Source: an uncultured Verrucomicrobia subdivision 3 bacterium (GTDB taxonomy: Bacteria > Verrucomicrobiota > Verrucomicrobiia > Limisphaerales > UBA11358). Taken from it: DNA of 63,541 bases. This document shows positions 8,729 through 18,163 of the stretch, piece after piece. Position numbers and translations under genes: made by a program. The stretch is from assembly GCA_903888765.1 (NCBI GenBank), contig CAISVF010000481.1:1-63541 (forward strand). Reading direction: 5' to 3'. Every line of letters starts with the position of its first letter. The first letter of the stretch is position 1. Below the pieces are notes generated by a model that ran no database searches, was not told the DNA's origin, and saw nothing but the letters and a program-made list of their open reading frames with translations.

Positions 8729-9988
8729 ATGAAACTAGCCGGATTAAGATGGTGGATCGTCGCGCTGCTATTCGGGGCCGCGGTGCTAAACTATGTGGAT
8801 CGCAACTCGCTTTCGCTGCTAGCCCCGACTATTCAACGACAGCTCGGCTTCGACGACCAGGCTTATGCGCGCATCCAGAACTCCTTTCAGATTGCCTACA
8901 CCGTCGCACTGCTGGCCTCGGGCTGCATGGTGGATAAATTTGGCGCGCGGTTCAGCCTCGCACTGTTTGTCGCCTGGTGGTCGCTGGCAAGTTTTTTGAC
9001 CGGATTTGCGAACTCGGTTTTCATGTTGGGAGCGTGCTGGTTCATGCTCGGCTTGGGCGAGGCGGGCAACTGGACGGCATCGCCCAAAGCAGCGCAGGAA
9101 TGGTTTCCCGCCCGCGAACGCGGTTTGGCGATGGGCATTTACACCGCCGGCACGCCGCTGGGCATGACACTGGCGCCGATTTTTGTGGTTGGCCTCGCCG
9201 GAGTGTCCGGCTGGCGCACGGTTTTCTGGGCAACAGGAATTCTCGGCATCCTGTGGGTGATACCGTGGTCGTGGCTCTATCGTCCTCTCAAAAGGCATCC
9301 GCTGCTGGGCGAATCCGAGCGGACTTGGATTCAATCCGATACGGCTGGTGCAAATTCGACTTTGGCCAATGCCCCCGCTTGGACCTGGCTGGAAGCGCTC
9401 AGCCGGAACGAAGTTTGGTTTTTGTTGTTGGGCCGGATGTTTTCCGACCCGGTCTGGTTTTTCTATCTCAATTGGTTTCCCAAATACCTGGTAAGCCATC
9501 GCGGATTATCGCAAGCGCAGGTGAAGATTACCTGGGTGATGTTCCTCGCGGCGGGCCTCGGCAGCCTCGCCGGAGGGTGGCTTGCGGGCCGGCTGATCCG
9601 GCGGGGCCAGGGCGCGGAACGCGCGCGGCTGTTCACAATGCTAGGATGTGTGGCAGTCATGCCGTTGTCGCTGCTGGTTACCCGCGTGCCGACGGTGGGA
9701 ATGGCCCTGGCGCTGGCCTCGGTGATAGTATTCGCGCATCTCGCCTGGCTTGCGAACATCAGTGCGCTGGTGGTGGATGTTGTCCCAGCGCCATCCCTCG
9801 GGAAAGTTTTTGGCCTGGTTGCGGCCGGCAGTTCAGCTGGCGCGATCGGGATGAACGGGCTGGTGGCAAATTTCTTGAAACAAGGCTCCTACAATCAATG
9901 GTTCTTCATCGCGGCGTTTCTGCATATCGTCGCGTGGCTGTGCCTTTCGCCCTTGTTGCGAAGAAAAACCGCAACCGCTAACTTGTAA
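8729..9988 (+). CDS. MFS transporter, ACS/hexuronate (ExuT)-like
   Basis: ATG at 8729 (MKLAGLRWWIVALLFGAAVLNYVDRNSLSLLAP). Multi-TM hydrophobic profile across 419 aa. First gene of the plus-strand operon. Confidence 0.85.
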   Translation: MKLAGLRWWIVALLFGAAVLNYVDRNSLSLLAPTIQRQLGFDDQAYARIQNSFQIAYTVALLASGCMVDKFGARFSLALFVAWWSLASFLTGFANSVFMLGACWFMLGLGEAGNWTASPKAAQEWFPARERGLAMGIYTAGTPLGMTLAPIFVVGLAGVSGWRTVFWATGILGILWVIPWSWLYRPLKRHPLLGESERTWIQSDTAGANSTLANAPAWTWLEALSRNEVWFLLLGRMFSDPVWFFYLNWFPKYLVSHRGLSQAQVKITWVMFLAAGLGSLAGGWLAGRLIRRGQGAERARLFTMLGCVAVMPLSLLVTRVPTVGMALALASVIVFAHLAWLANISALVVDVVPAPSLGKVFGLVAAGSSAGAIGMNGLVANFLKQGSYNQWFFIAAFLHIVAWLCLSPLLRRKTATANL

Positions 9989-10005
9989 GAAAAATTACTC
10001 AATAA

Positions 10006-10770
10006 ATGAAAACACCATTACTCATTCTGGCGACGTTAACCTTCATGCTGGCCACGTGCGAGGGGCAGAGCAATTCACCTGGGACCACGCCATTGCCAGG
10101 TTACCGGTTGGTTTGGGCCGATGAGTTCAACGAGGGCAAACTCGACACCAACAAGTGGGATTATCGCACCGACAGCAAAATGTGGAGCACGCAGAAGCCG
10201 GAGAATGTGTTCGTGCGTGACGGCAAGTTGATCCTTGCCGTGAAAAAAGAGGACGCGGGCGGCAAGCATTACACCGGCGCGGGCATTATCAGCAAGCGCG
10301 CATTCAAATACGGCTATTACGAATCGCGCTTCAAGGTGCCGCCCGGCGCGGGTTGGCACACCTCGTTCTGGATGATGAAGCACAACGGCCAGGGCGGCAC
10401 CGGCCCCACGGCCTCCGCGCAGGAATTGGACGTGTGCGAAAACGATTCGGTGAACCTCACCAACTACGGAGTGAATGTCCACAAGTGGAATCCCCAGCCG
10501 CACGTAGCGATGGGCGGCAAGCGGGTAAAAACGCCGGACTTGTCCGCGGACTTTCACACCTTCGCCTGTGAGTTCACGCCCAAGACGGTAAAATATTATT
10601 TCGAAGGCAAACTCGTGCAAACTGTCGCTGTAACCAACTTCGCCCACAGCGACCAGCACATCTGGCTCACGACGATCGCTTCAAATCTTGGCAAAACCAA
10701 AGCCGTGGATGATGCGAAACTGCCGGCGGCGGCGGAATATGATTATGTCCGGTTTTATGAGAAGCGGTGA
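10006..10770 (+). CDS. Glycoside hydrolase family 16
   Basis: Signal peptide, WADEFNEGKLDTNKW, and the catalytic E-x-D-x-x-E motif as ELDVCEND. Confidence 0.85.
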   Translation: MKTPLLILATLTFMLATCEGQSNSPGTTPLPGYRLVWADEFNEGKLDTNKWDYRTDSKMWSTQKPENVFVRDGKLILAVKKEDAGGKHYTGAGIISKRAFKYGYYESRFKVPPGAGWHTSFWMMKHNGQGGTGPTASAQELDVCENDSVNLTNYGVNVHKWNPQPHVAMGGKRVKTPDLSADFHTFACEFTPKTVKYYFEGKLVQTVAVTNFAHSDQHIWLTTIASNLGKTKAVDDAKLPAAAEYDYVRFYEKR

Positions 10771-10837
10771 AGAAACATTTTCTTCGCGGGAAAACGTTTC
10801 CTGACGCTGCCCGCGGTCTTTGGCGTGTGAGACAGAC

Positions 10838-12226
10838 ATGGCTGCCGGAATGATTTTGAAATTTTCAATGAGACAATTCTTTCATCCATTCATCGGCGGT
10901 GTGGCTTTGTTTGTCGCCGTGAAAATTTCCGCTGCCGACGATAACACGGCTGCATCGGCGCAAGCGCAGGTCCTAAAACAGGCTGTCGAGCCAAAGTCGA
11001 TTTCACCCAACACGAATGCGGCGGCGCAATGGTTTCCGGAAGCGGGGCTGGGTTTGTTCATCCACTGGGGACTCGCTGCGGTAGATGGCAAGGGCGACCT
11101 CTCGTGGTGCATGATGGCAAACAAACCTTGGAACGACGGCACGGTGACGCCGAATGAATATTACGCGGCGACCCATCGCTGGAAGGCCGATCGGGTGAAT
11201 TACGACGAGATGCTGGCGGCGGCGAAGGCGGCGGGCTTCACTTACGCGGTCATGGTGACCAAGCATCACGACGGTTTCACGTTTTGGCCGTCGGCGTTTG
11301 GTGACCTCGGCACGAAACATACCTTTCCCGGGCGCGACTTCGTGCGGGAATTTGTCACCGCCTGTAGAAAACACGGATTGAAAGTCGGTTTGTATTATTC
11401 GCCGCCGGACTGGTGGTTTGATCGCGAATATAAAAGTTTCTCCATGCGCGGAGGTCCAAAGCTCGGCATGGATCATCAGCCGGTGACATTGCCGCCCAAG
11501 CCCAAAGATCATGATGCCAAGCGTGCCGAATACGTGCGCGGCCAGGTGACGGAACTGCTTTCGAACTACGGGCAGATTGATCTCATCTGGTTTGACGGCG
11601 GTCACGGGGAAATACCGAATGCCGAGGTGCGCCGGCTGCAACCCGGCATTGTGATCAATCGTCGCAATGGCGGCGGCGGCGATTACGGAGATTCCGAAGG
11701 CAAATTGCCGGCCAAACGATTTACGGGTTGGTTTGAAACGTGCGATACTTGCTGGCCCAGCCACAAGTGGTCGTTTGTGCTGAATCAAAGTTATGACACC
11801 GCGCCGGAAGTCATCGAAAAGCTCGTGAAGCTGCGCGCCTGGGGCGGCAATCTGCTGGCTGACGTCGGGCCAATGGGCGATGGCACCGTTCCTGAACCGG
11901 CGCTGGCCGCGTGGAAAGAAATGGCCGCATGGATGGCGCACAGCGGTGAGTCGGTCATCGGCGCAAAGTCCGGCCCGTGGCCCAAGGAAGTGAACGCGCC
12001 CGTGACGCTGCGCGACGGCGTGGCTTACGTCCACTTTCTGCCGGGGTTCAAAAGCGAAGTCGTTTGGACGAATGCGCCCACCGTGACCGAGGCGCAACTG
12101 CTGCGCACAAAAACTGCGATTCCCTTTCATCAGGCCGGCGGCAACTTGCGCTTGACCGTGCCCGACAATTTGCGCGCGACGAATGTGGACGTGGTCAAAA
12201 TCAATTTAAAGCATCCTGGCCAGTGA
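10838..12226 (+). CDS. Alpha-L-fucosidase, GH29
   Basis: GLGLFIHWGLAAV and VMVTKHHDGFTFWPS motifs. The start is ambiguous: TTG 10820, ATG 10838, or ATG 10868, which gives a clean signal peptide MRQFFHPFIGGVALFVAVKISA. Confidence 0.85.
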   Translation: MAAGMILKFSMRQFFHPFIGGVALFVAVKISAADDNTAASAQAQVLKQAVEPKSISPNTNAAAQWFPEAGLGLFIHWGLAAVDGKGDLSWCMMANKPWNDGTVTPNEYYAATHRWKADRVNYDEMLAAAKAAGFTYAVMVTKHHDGFTFWPSAFGDLGTKHTFPGRDFVREFVTACRKHGLKVGLYYSPPDWWFDREYKSFSMRGGPKLGMDHQPVTLPPKPKDHDAKRAEYVRGQVTELLSNYGQIDLIWFDGGHGEIPNAEVRRLQPGIVINRRNGGGGDYGDSEGKLPAKRFTGWFETCDTCWPSHKWSFVLNQSYDTAPEVIEKLVKLRAWGGNLLADVGPMGDGTVPEPALAAWKEMAAWMAHSGESVIGAKSGPWPKEVNAPVTLRDGVAYVHFLPGFKSEVVWTNAPTVTEAQLLRTKTAIPFHQAGGNLRLTVPDNLRATNVDVVKINLKHPGQ

Positions 12227-13395
12227 AGCCCGGCTTAAAATCATGGTTACCTCTGTTGGTGTGCCTGTTTATGACTGCGCCGCCGCCGTTGAGTATGGCC
12301 GCCGATGGGATTTTGTTCGCGCCTTCTGGCAACTTGGATTTTACGAAGCTGATTCCGCAAACGATTTCCAATTTGGCGATTTTCCGGCAGCCCGGCTGGT
12401 GTTTGTGGGACCCGTGCATCGTGGATGGAAAAGACGGGAAGTTTTATCTGTTTTATTCACGCTGGCCGACGAAGCTCGGCTATGACGCCTGGTGCACGCA
12501 CGCGGAAATTGTCTGGGCCACCGCGACGAACGCCGCCGGGCCTTATAAATTTGAAGGCGTCGCGCTGCCGTCGCGCGGCGGAAATTTCTGGGACGGACAT
12601 TCCGTCTTCAACACGGATGTCGTCCGCATTGGCGAAAAATATTATCTCTATTACACCGGCAACCGTGGCACCACCAACTGGGCGGCGGAGCGCGCCATTC
12701 CCGCGTCGTCGGATGAATGGTGGAATCATCGGAACAATCAGCGCATCGGCGTGGCCCTGAGTGATTCGCCGCGCGGGCCGTGGCAACGCTTCGACAGACC
12801 GATCATTGATGTCGGGCCGGGATTTGGGCAGACCATCGTCAATGTGCCCAATCTCGTCATCAAGCCTGAGGGCGGCTATCGTCTCTATTACAAGACGCTT
12901 GGCGAAGGGCCGGGAAAATTCGGCAGCGGCGTTTTTCACTTCGGCGCCGATGCAGAAGATCCGCTTGGCCCGTTCGTACGGTATCCCGAGCCGATGGTGA
13001 ACAAGAACAAGCTGATGCCTGAGGTCAAAAAAACATTCGATTTTCACATTGATGACCATTTCGAGTGGATTGAGAACGGACGTTATTACGCCATCGTGAA
13101 GGATCATGACGCGCCATTCCTGACAAAATACGGGCGTAGCCTGTTGCTGTTTGAATCGCCGGACGGGCGTTCGTGGCTGCCCGCCAAACAATTGCTCGTG
13201 AAGGATTTTTCCATTTCCTGGAACGGCGGCACGACGCAAAAGTTCAGCCGGTTGGAAATGCCGAAACTTCTGTTTAATGGCAACCATCCATTCATTCTAG
13301 CCTTGGCCGCGCTACCCGAAGGCGTGAAGGAATCTTTCCTTGTGCTAGTGCCGCTCCTAAAAATCCCGGGATCAAACAGGGTAAAGCCTGACTAG
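12223..13395 (+). CDS. Five-bladed beta-propeller glycoside-hydrolase-like protein, family unassigned (paralog 1 of 4)
   Basis: In-frame GTG at 12223 overlaps the GH29 stop (GTGA). Signal-like VKPGLKSWLPLLVCLFMTAPP. Motifs WCLWDPCIVDGKDGKFYLFYSRWP, GEKYYLYYTGN, HRNNQRIGVA and GPWQRFDRPIIDV are shared with 17022, 39567 and 58798. Confidence 0.6.
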   Translation: MKPGLKSWLPLLVCLFMTAPPPLSMAADGILFAPSGNLDFTKLIPQTISNLAIFRQPGWCLWDPCIVDGKDGKFYLFYSRWPTKLGYDAWCTHAEIVWATATNAAGPYKFEGVALPSRGGNFWDGHSVFNTDVVRIGEKYYLYYTGNRGTTNWAAERAIPASSDEWWNHRNNQRIGVALSDSPRGPWQRFDRPIIDVGPGFGQTIVNVPNLVIKPEGGYRLYYKTLGEGPGKFGSGVFHFGADAEDPLGPFVRYPEPMVNKNKLMPEVKKTFDFHIDDHFEWIENGRYYAIVKDHDAPFLTKYGRSLLLFESPDGRSWLPAKQLLVKDFSISWNGGTTQKFSRLEMPKLLFNGNHPFILALAALPEGVKESFLVLVPLLKIPGSNRVKPD

Positions 13396-13399
13396 ATGT

Positions 13400-15406
13400 A
13401 TGAGCCTATATTTGATCAAACGTCTTTTTGTTTGCCATCGGTTAAGAATTGATTTTCTTGCGTTGGTTTGGGTTTTTAGTGGGGCAACGGTTTTCAGTGA
13501 ATCTGCTTTCAGGTTGAACGTCGACGCCAGCGCGCCGCGCACGGCCGTTAGTCCGTCCCTCTACGGAATATTCTTCGAAGAAATTAATCACGCAGGTGAG
13601 GGCGGGCTGTATGCGGAGATGGTGTTGAACCGCGATTTCGAAATCACCACATTGCCGAAGGGCGCATCGTGGGCGGGAAATCTTTTGCGAACTGAGGCCA
13701 AGTGGCAGGAGCGAAAGTGGTTTGGTAACGAGTTGTGGGGGTGGAAACTACTGGCGGAAGGCGGTTCAAAGGGAGCGATCAAACTGGTCACCAACGCGCC
13801 GCTCAACGAGCGTAATCCGCATTCAATGCGGCTGACCGTGCGCGAGACAGGCGCTCGTATTGGTGTGGTTAACGGCGGTTTCTTCGGCATGAATTTTCAG
13901 AAGGGCAAATGGTATGATCTCATGTTCTTTGCCCGCTCAGAGAGCGATACCTCATTCACGCTGACAGCAACGCTCGCAAGCGCCAGTGGCCGGGAAAACT
14001 TAGGCAGTGCGACCATCCAAGGTGTTGGCGGCGACTGGAAGCAGTATCGTTGCTCGATCCAGGCGACGGGAACTGATGCGAAGGGGCGACTCACAATCAC
14101 CGCAAACCATGCGGGCACGATTTGGTTTGATGTGGTTTCGCTCTTTCCGCGCGACACGTTCAAGAATCGTCCCAACGGTCTGCGCGAGGATTTGGCCCAG
14201 GCATTGGCAGATTTGAAGCCCGCGTTTGTCGGCTTTCCCGGCGGCGCGATTGTCGGGGGCATGAACCTCGACAATCGAATCCAGTGGAAAAATTCCATCG
14301 GCCCGATCAAGCGGCGGCGCGGCACGGCAAATCTCTGGGGCTATTGGACAAGCAACGGCTTCGGCTTTCACGAGTATCTCCAGATATGCGAGGACTTGGG
14401 TGCGGCGGCATTGTGGGTTTGCAATCCCGGTTTCAGCGATAATTACCGCAACGCCGAATATGCGTCGCCGGAGCAAGTGAAGGACTTTGTGCAGGAAGCG
14501 CTCGACGCACTCGAATACGCGCTTGGTCCGACGAAGTCAACCTGGGGGGCGCAACGCGCCGCAAACGGTCATCCGGAACCTTTTCCGCTTCGTTACATCG
14601 AAATTGGCAATGAGGCGAGCACCGCAGTGTACCGCACCAATTATCCACAATTCTACGAAGCCATCCACGCAAAGTACCCTTCTGTGAACATCATCAGCAA
14701 TCAGCGGCTGAAGACCGCGCCCGTTGAAATAGTAGATGATCACAAGTATGGCAGTCCCGCGGATTTTTTTGGGGCGTTTGACAAATACGACACGGCGGAG
14801 CGCAATGGGCCGATGATTTACGTGGGCGAATACGGCTGCAATCATCTTGTGGGCGAAGGCAACTTGATGGCCGCGCTGGCCGAGGCGGTCTATTTGCTGG
14901 GGTTGGAGCGAAATGGCGACGTGGTGAAGATGGCTTCCTACGCGCCGTTGTTTTTCCATGTCGATGACATCGCGTGGCCGGTGAACTTGATCGGCTTCGA
15001 CAGTTCCCGCGTCGCCCCCCGCGCGTCCTACTACGTGCAAAAAATTCTCAGCGCGAATCGGCCGGATGAAATCCTCCAAACGCAAATCACTCCGGCAGTT
15101 AAACGCAAGTCCGCCCAGATATTTGCCGTGGCGGGCATGGAGCGGAAGTCCGGCGATGTGCTGCTGCGAGTGGTGAATCGCGCCGCCACACCGCAGGAAG
15201 TTCGGGTAAATCTCCATGGCGTTGCCGTCATTGCTCGATCAGCGAAGGTCACGACGTTGAGCAGCGACGATCCTCAGATTGAAAACACGGTGGATTATCC
15301 CGATACTATTTTGCCGGTAGACTCGATATGCGTACCGGTGGGGAATGAGTTCGCCTACATCTTTAAACCGTATTCTTTCACACTCATTCGATTGACTGCA
15401 AAATGA
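13400..15406 (+). CDS. Alpha-L-arabinofuranosidase, GH51
   Basis: LYGIFFEEINHAGEGGLYAEMVLNRDFE N-terminal signature, IEIGNE acid/base region, 668 aa. Confidence 0.85.
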   Translation: MSLYLIKRLFVCHRLRIDFLALVWVFSGATVFSESAFRLNVDASAPRTAVSPSLYGIFFEEINHAGEGGLYAEMVLNRDFEITTLPKGASWAGNLLRTEAKWQERKWFGNELWGWKLLAEGGSKGAIKLVTNAPLNERNPHSMRLTVRETGARIGVVNGGFFGMNFQKGKWYDLMFFARSESDTSFTLTATLASASGRENLGSATIQGVGGDWKQYRCSIQATGTDAKGRLTITANHAGTIWFDVVSLFPRDTFKNRPNGLREDLAQALADLKPAFVGFPGGAIVGGMNLDNRIQWKNSIGPIKRRRGTANLWGYWTSNGFGFHEYLQICEDLGAAALWVCNPGFSDNYRNAEYASPEQVKDFVQEALDALEYALGPTKSTWGAQRAANGHPEPFPLRYIEIGNEASTAVYRTNYPQFYEAIHAKYPSVNIISNQRLKTAPVEIVDDHKYGSPADFFGAFDKYDTAERNGPMIYVGEYGCNHLVGEGNLMAALAEAVYLLGLERNGDVVKMASYAPLFFHVDDIAWPVNLIGFDSSRVAPRASYYVQKILSANRPDEILQTQITPAVKRKSAQIFAVAGMERKSGDVLLRVVNRAATPQEVRVNLHGVAVIARSAKVTTLSSDDPQIENTVDYPDTILPVDSICVPVGNEFAYIFKPYSFTLIRLTAK

Positions 15407-17025
15407 AATTCATCAAATCAACGAGTTGCGCATTTTTGTTCTGTGTTGTTTTGGCCATTGCGCCGGCTGCGGACGCTGCGTGGGGCGACTGGAAGCAGTG
15501 GGGGGATCTGGGCGACGGTACCTATCGCAATCCCGTGCTGCCGGCGGATTACAGCGACCTTGATTGCATCCGCGTTGGCTCTGATTACTACGCGATTTCG
15601 TCCACGTTCCAGTATTCGCCGGGCATGGTGATTTTGCAGTCGCGGGATTTGGTGAACTGGCGCATCCCCGGTCACGCCGTGCCGGACGTGACCCAGATAT
15701 CGCCGGAGATGAATTGGAATCGTATGAACCGATTCGGCACGGGCATCTGGGCCGGGGCCATCCGACACCATGCAGGAAAGTTCTGGGTTTATTTCGGCAC
15801 GCCCGATGAAGGGTATTTCATGACGACGTCCACGAATGTCGCCGGACCGTGGTCGCCACTGGCTCACGTCTTGAAGGCCAAGGGCTGGGACGATTGCTGT
15901 CCGTTCTGGGACGACGACGGCCAAGGTTATCTCATCGGCTCGCAGTTCGAAAAAGACCCGGTCAATGGCAAGAAATACAATATCCATCTCTGGAAAATTT
16001 CGCCGGATGGCAAATCGCTCGTGACCGAATCGGACAAAATTCTCTATCAGTCCAACGGCAGCGAGGCCAACAAGTTTTACAGGTGGAACAAGCTTTACTA
16101 CCACTACTTAAGCGAGGTGCGCGCCGAGGGTCGCGTGCCGATGATGGGGCGCGCGACAAACATTGCTGGGCCATACGAGTATCGGCAGATCGGCCACGTC
16201 AAGAAGGGCGTAGATTACGAACCGAACCAAGGCGGCATCGTGCAGAGTGAGTCGGGCGAGTGGTGGTTCTTCACGCATCACGGCGCGGGCGATTGGTCGG
16301 GACGCAACGCGAGTTTGCTGCCGGTGACGTGGACGAACGGTTGGCCGATTATCGGCGAGCCGGGTGCGGACGGCATCGGCAACATGGTTTGGAAAGCGAA
16401 TAAGCCGGTGAAAAATTCTCCGCGCGTCACGCCACAGACGGACGATGAATTTTCTTCGGCCACGCTGTCGCCGCAATGGGAATGGCATTACCAGCCGCGC
16501 GCGGAAAAGTGGTCACTGACAGAGAGCTCCGGATTTCTGCGGCTGCACGCGTTTAAGGGACTTCACGGGGATAATTTGTTGAAGGTCGGGAATGTCTTGA
16601 CGCAAAGAACGTTTCGCGCGAGCACGAATGTCGTTACGGTGAAGCTGGACGTGACTGGCATGGCGGATGGCCAGAGCGCGGGGCTATTTCATTTCACAAC
16701 AGCCGGTTACGCAGGCATCGGCGTGAGACAATCCAACGGCATCCGTTATTTGATTTACCGTTCTGGGCTCAAAGTGGAGCAGGGTGGCGTGGTCAGCGGT
16801 TCAAATGTCTGGCTGCGCTCGACGTGGGGACTAGATGGTGTCTGTCGGTTCTCCCGCAGTCTCGATGGTAATGTATTTGAGCCCGTCGGCGAACCGTATC
16901 AGATGAAATGGGCATCGTATCGCGGCGACCGCATCGGGCTGTTCAACTACAACAAAAACTCCGAAGCTGGTCATGTGGATGTGGACTGGTTTCACTACGA
17001 ATTCAGCGGCCAAGCCAAGCCATGA
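15403..17025 (+). CDS. GH43 beta-xylosidase/alpha-L-arabinofuranosidase with C-terminal lectin-like domain
   Basis: YRNPVLPADYSDLDCIRVGSDYYAISSTFQYSPGMVILQSRDLVNW. The start overlaps the GH51 stop (ATGA). Confidence 0.85.
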   Translation: MKFIKSTSCAFLFCVVLAIAPAADAAWGDWKQWGDLGDGTYRNPVLPADYSDLDCIRVGSDYYAISSTFQYSPGMVILQSRDLVNWRIPGHAVPDVTQISPEMNWNRMNRFGTGIWAGAIRHHAGKFWVYFGTPDEGYFMTTSTNVAGPWSPLAHVLKAKGWDDCCPFWDDDGQGYLIGSQFEKDPVNGKKYNIHLWKISPDGKSLVTESDKILYQSNGSEANKFYRWNKLYYHYLSEVRAEGRVPMMGRATNIAGPYEYRQIGHVKKGVDYEPNQGGIVQSESGEWWFFTHHGAGDWSGRNASLLPVTWTNGWPIIGEPGADGIGNMVWKANKPVKNSPRVTPQTDDEFSSATLSPQWEWHYQPRAEKWSLTESSGFLRLHAFKGLHGDNLLKVGNVLTQRTFRASTNVVTVKLDVTGMADGQSAGLFHFTTAGYAGIGVRQSNGIRYLIYRSGLKVEQGGVVSGSNVWLRSTWGLDGVCRFSRSLDGNVFEPVGEPYQMKWASYRGDRIGLFNYNKNSEAGHVDVDWFHYEFSGQAKP

Positions 17026-18149
17026 AACGATTCCGAATACAACTGCTGTCGCTGGCTGCCATCACTGGCTGCATTCTTTTCGCCAGCTTGAAAACATTTG
17101 GCGCCGAGACGAATTACACTTTGGATTTGGGCGCAATGGTTCAGCCCGTGCCGGCTGGCTGCAAATTTTCGCAGCCGGGCTATTTCGTCTGGTGCGGCGC
17201 GCCGGTGCGGGGCAACGATGGCCGCTATCATCTATATTATTCCCGCTGGCCGGTGAAGGACGGCTTTCATCCGGGCTGGGTGATTCACTCCGAGATCGCT
17301 TACGCAGTCGCCAACCAGCCGCACGGGCCTTTCAAGTTTGTGAATGTGGCGTTACCCGCGCGCGGGACGAATGCGGCGACTGGTCGGAAATTTTGGGATG
17401 CCGACGTGACGCACAATCCGAACATCGTTTTGCGCAACGGCAAATATCTACTGTATTACGTCGGTAATTACGGCGATGGCAATTATCCCACGCATCGCAA
17501 TCACCAGCGCATCGGCGTGGCCATCGCGGATAAACCGGAAGGCCCGTGGAGGCGATTTGACGCGCCGATTATTGACGTGAACCCGGACGCGACAGCATTT
17601 GATTCATTGTGTGTAGCCAATCCTGCGGTGGCCGTGCGTCCCGACGGCGGGCTGATTGTGATTTACAAGGCAGTGCCAATCTTGCCCGGCAAGGAGATAG
17701 GCGGGAACGTGCGTTACGGCTTGGCAGTGGCGGACAAACCGGATGGGCGTTACGTCAAGCAGCCGGGACACGTGTTCGAGGCCGAAGGCGCGGAGGCGAA
17801 GAAGCATTGGATGCTCGCGGAAGATCCTTACATTTGGTTCAGCCGGAAATACGGCAACCGCTACTACGCCGTCGCGCGGGACGTGGTCGGAAAATTCACC
17901 GGAGCTTCGGGCGGGCTGGCGATGTTCGAGTCGGCGGATGGTTTTCATTGGAACGCGGCAGCGAATCCCAAAGTGCTGGGTGCCCGATTCAACTGGGCCG
18001 ACGGCACGATGAGCGACCAGAATGTCGAGCGCCCCGCGCTACTGTTCGATGGCGAAGAACCCGGCGCTTTGTTCGGCGCGACGGATGGTTATCAGAAGAA
18101 TGGGCGCATCTCATTCAATGTTCAAATTCCACTAAAGTCAAAGTTGTAA
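17022..18149 (+). CDS. Five-bladed beta-propeller glycoside-hydrolase-like protein, family unassigned (paralog 2 of 4)
   Basis: ATG at 17022 overlaps the GH43 stop (ATGA). Signal peptide MKRFRIQLLSLAAITGCILFASL. Motifs VWCGAPVRGNDGRYHLYYSRWP, GKYLLYYVGN, HRNHQRIGVA. Confidence 0.6.
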   Translation: MKRFRIQLLSLAAITGCILFASLKTFGAETNYTLDLGAMVQPVPAGCKFSQPGYFVWCGAPVRGNDGRYHLYYSRWPVKDGFHPGWVIHSEIAYAVANQPHGPFKFVNVALPARGTNAATGRKFWDADVTHNPNIVLRNGKYLLYYVGNYGDGNYPTHRNHQRIGVAIADKPEGPWRRFDAPIIDVNPDATAFDSLCVANPAVAVRPDGGLIVIYKAVPILPGKEIGGNVRYGLAVADKPDGRYVKQPGHVFEAEGAEAKKHWMLAEDPYIWFSRKYGNRYYAVARDVVGKFTGASGGLAMFESADGFHWNAAANPKVLGARFNWADGTMSDQNVERPALLFDGEEPGALFGATDGYQKNGRISFNVQIPLKSKL

Positions 18150-18163
18150 CCCTAATTCTAGTC

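Noticed and set aside
11977-12222. 5' extensions of ORF-track entries 11977, 16908, 17609, 19090, 21084 and 24283
   Set aside because: The extensions overlap the preceding gene's conserved C-terminus and encode Arg-rich junk. Internal ATG/GTG starts give signal peptides and 4-nt start/stop coupling.
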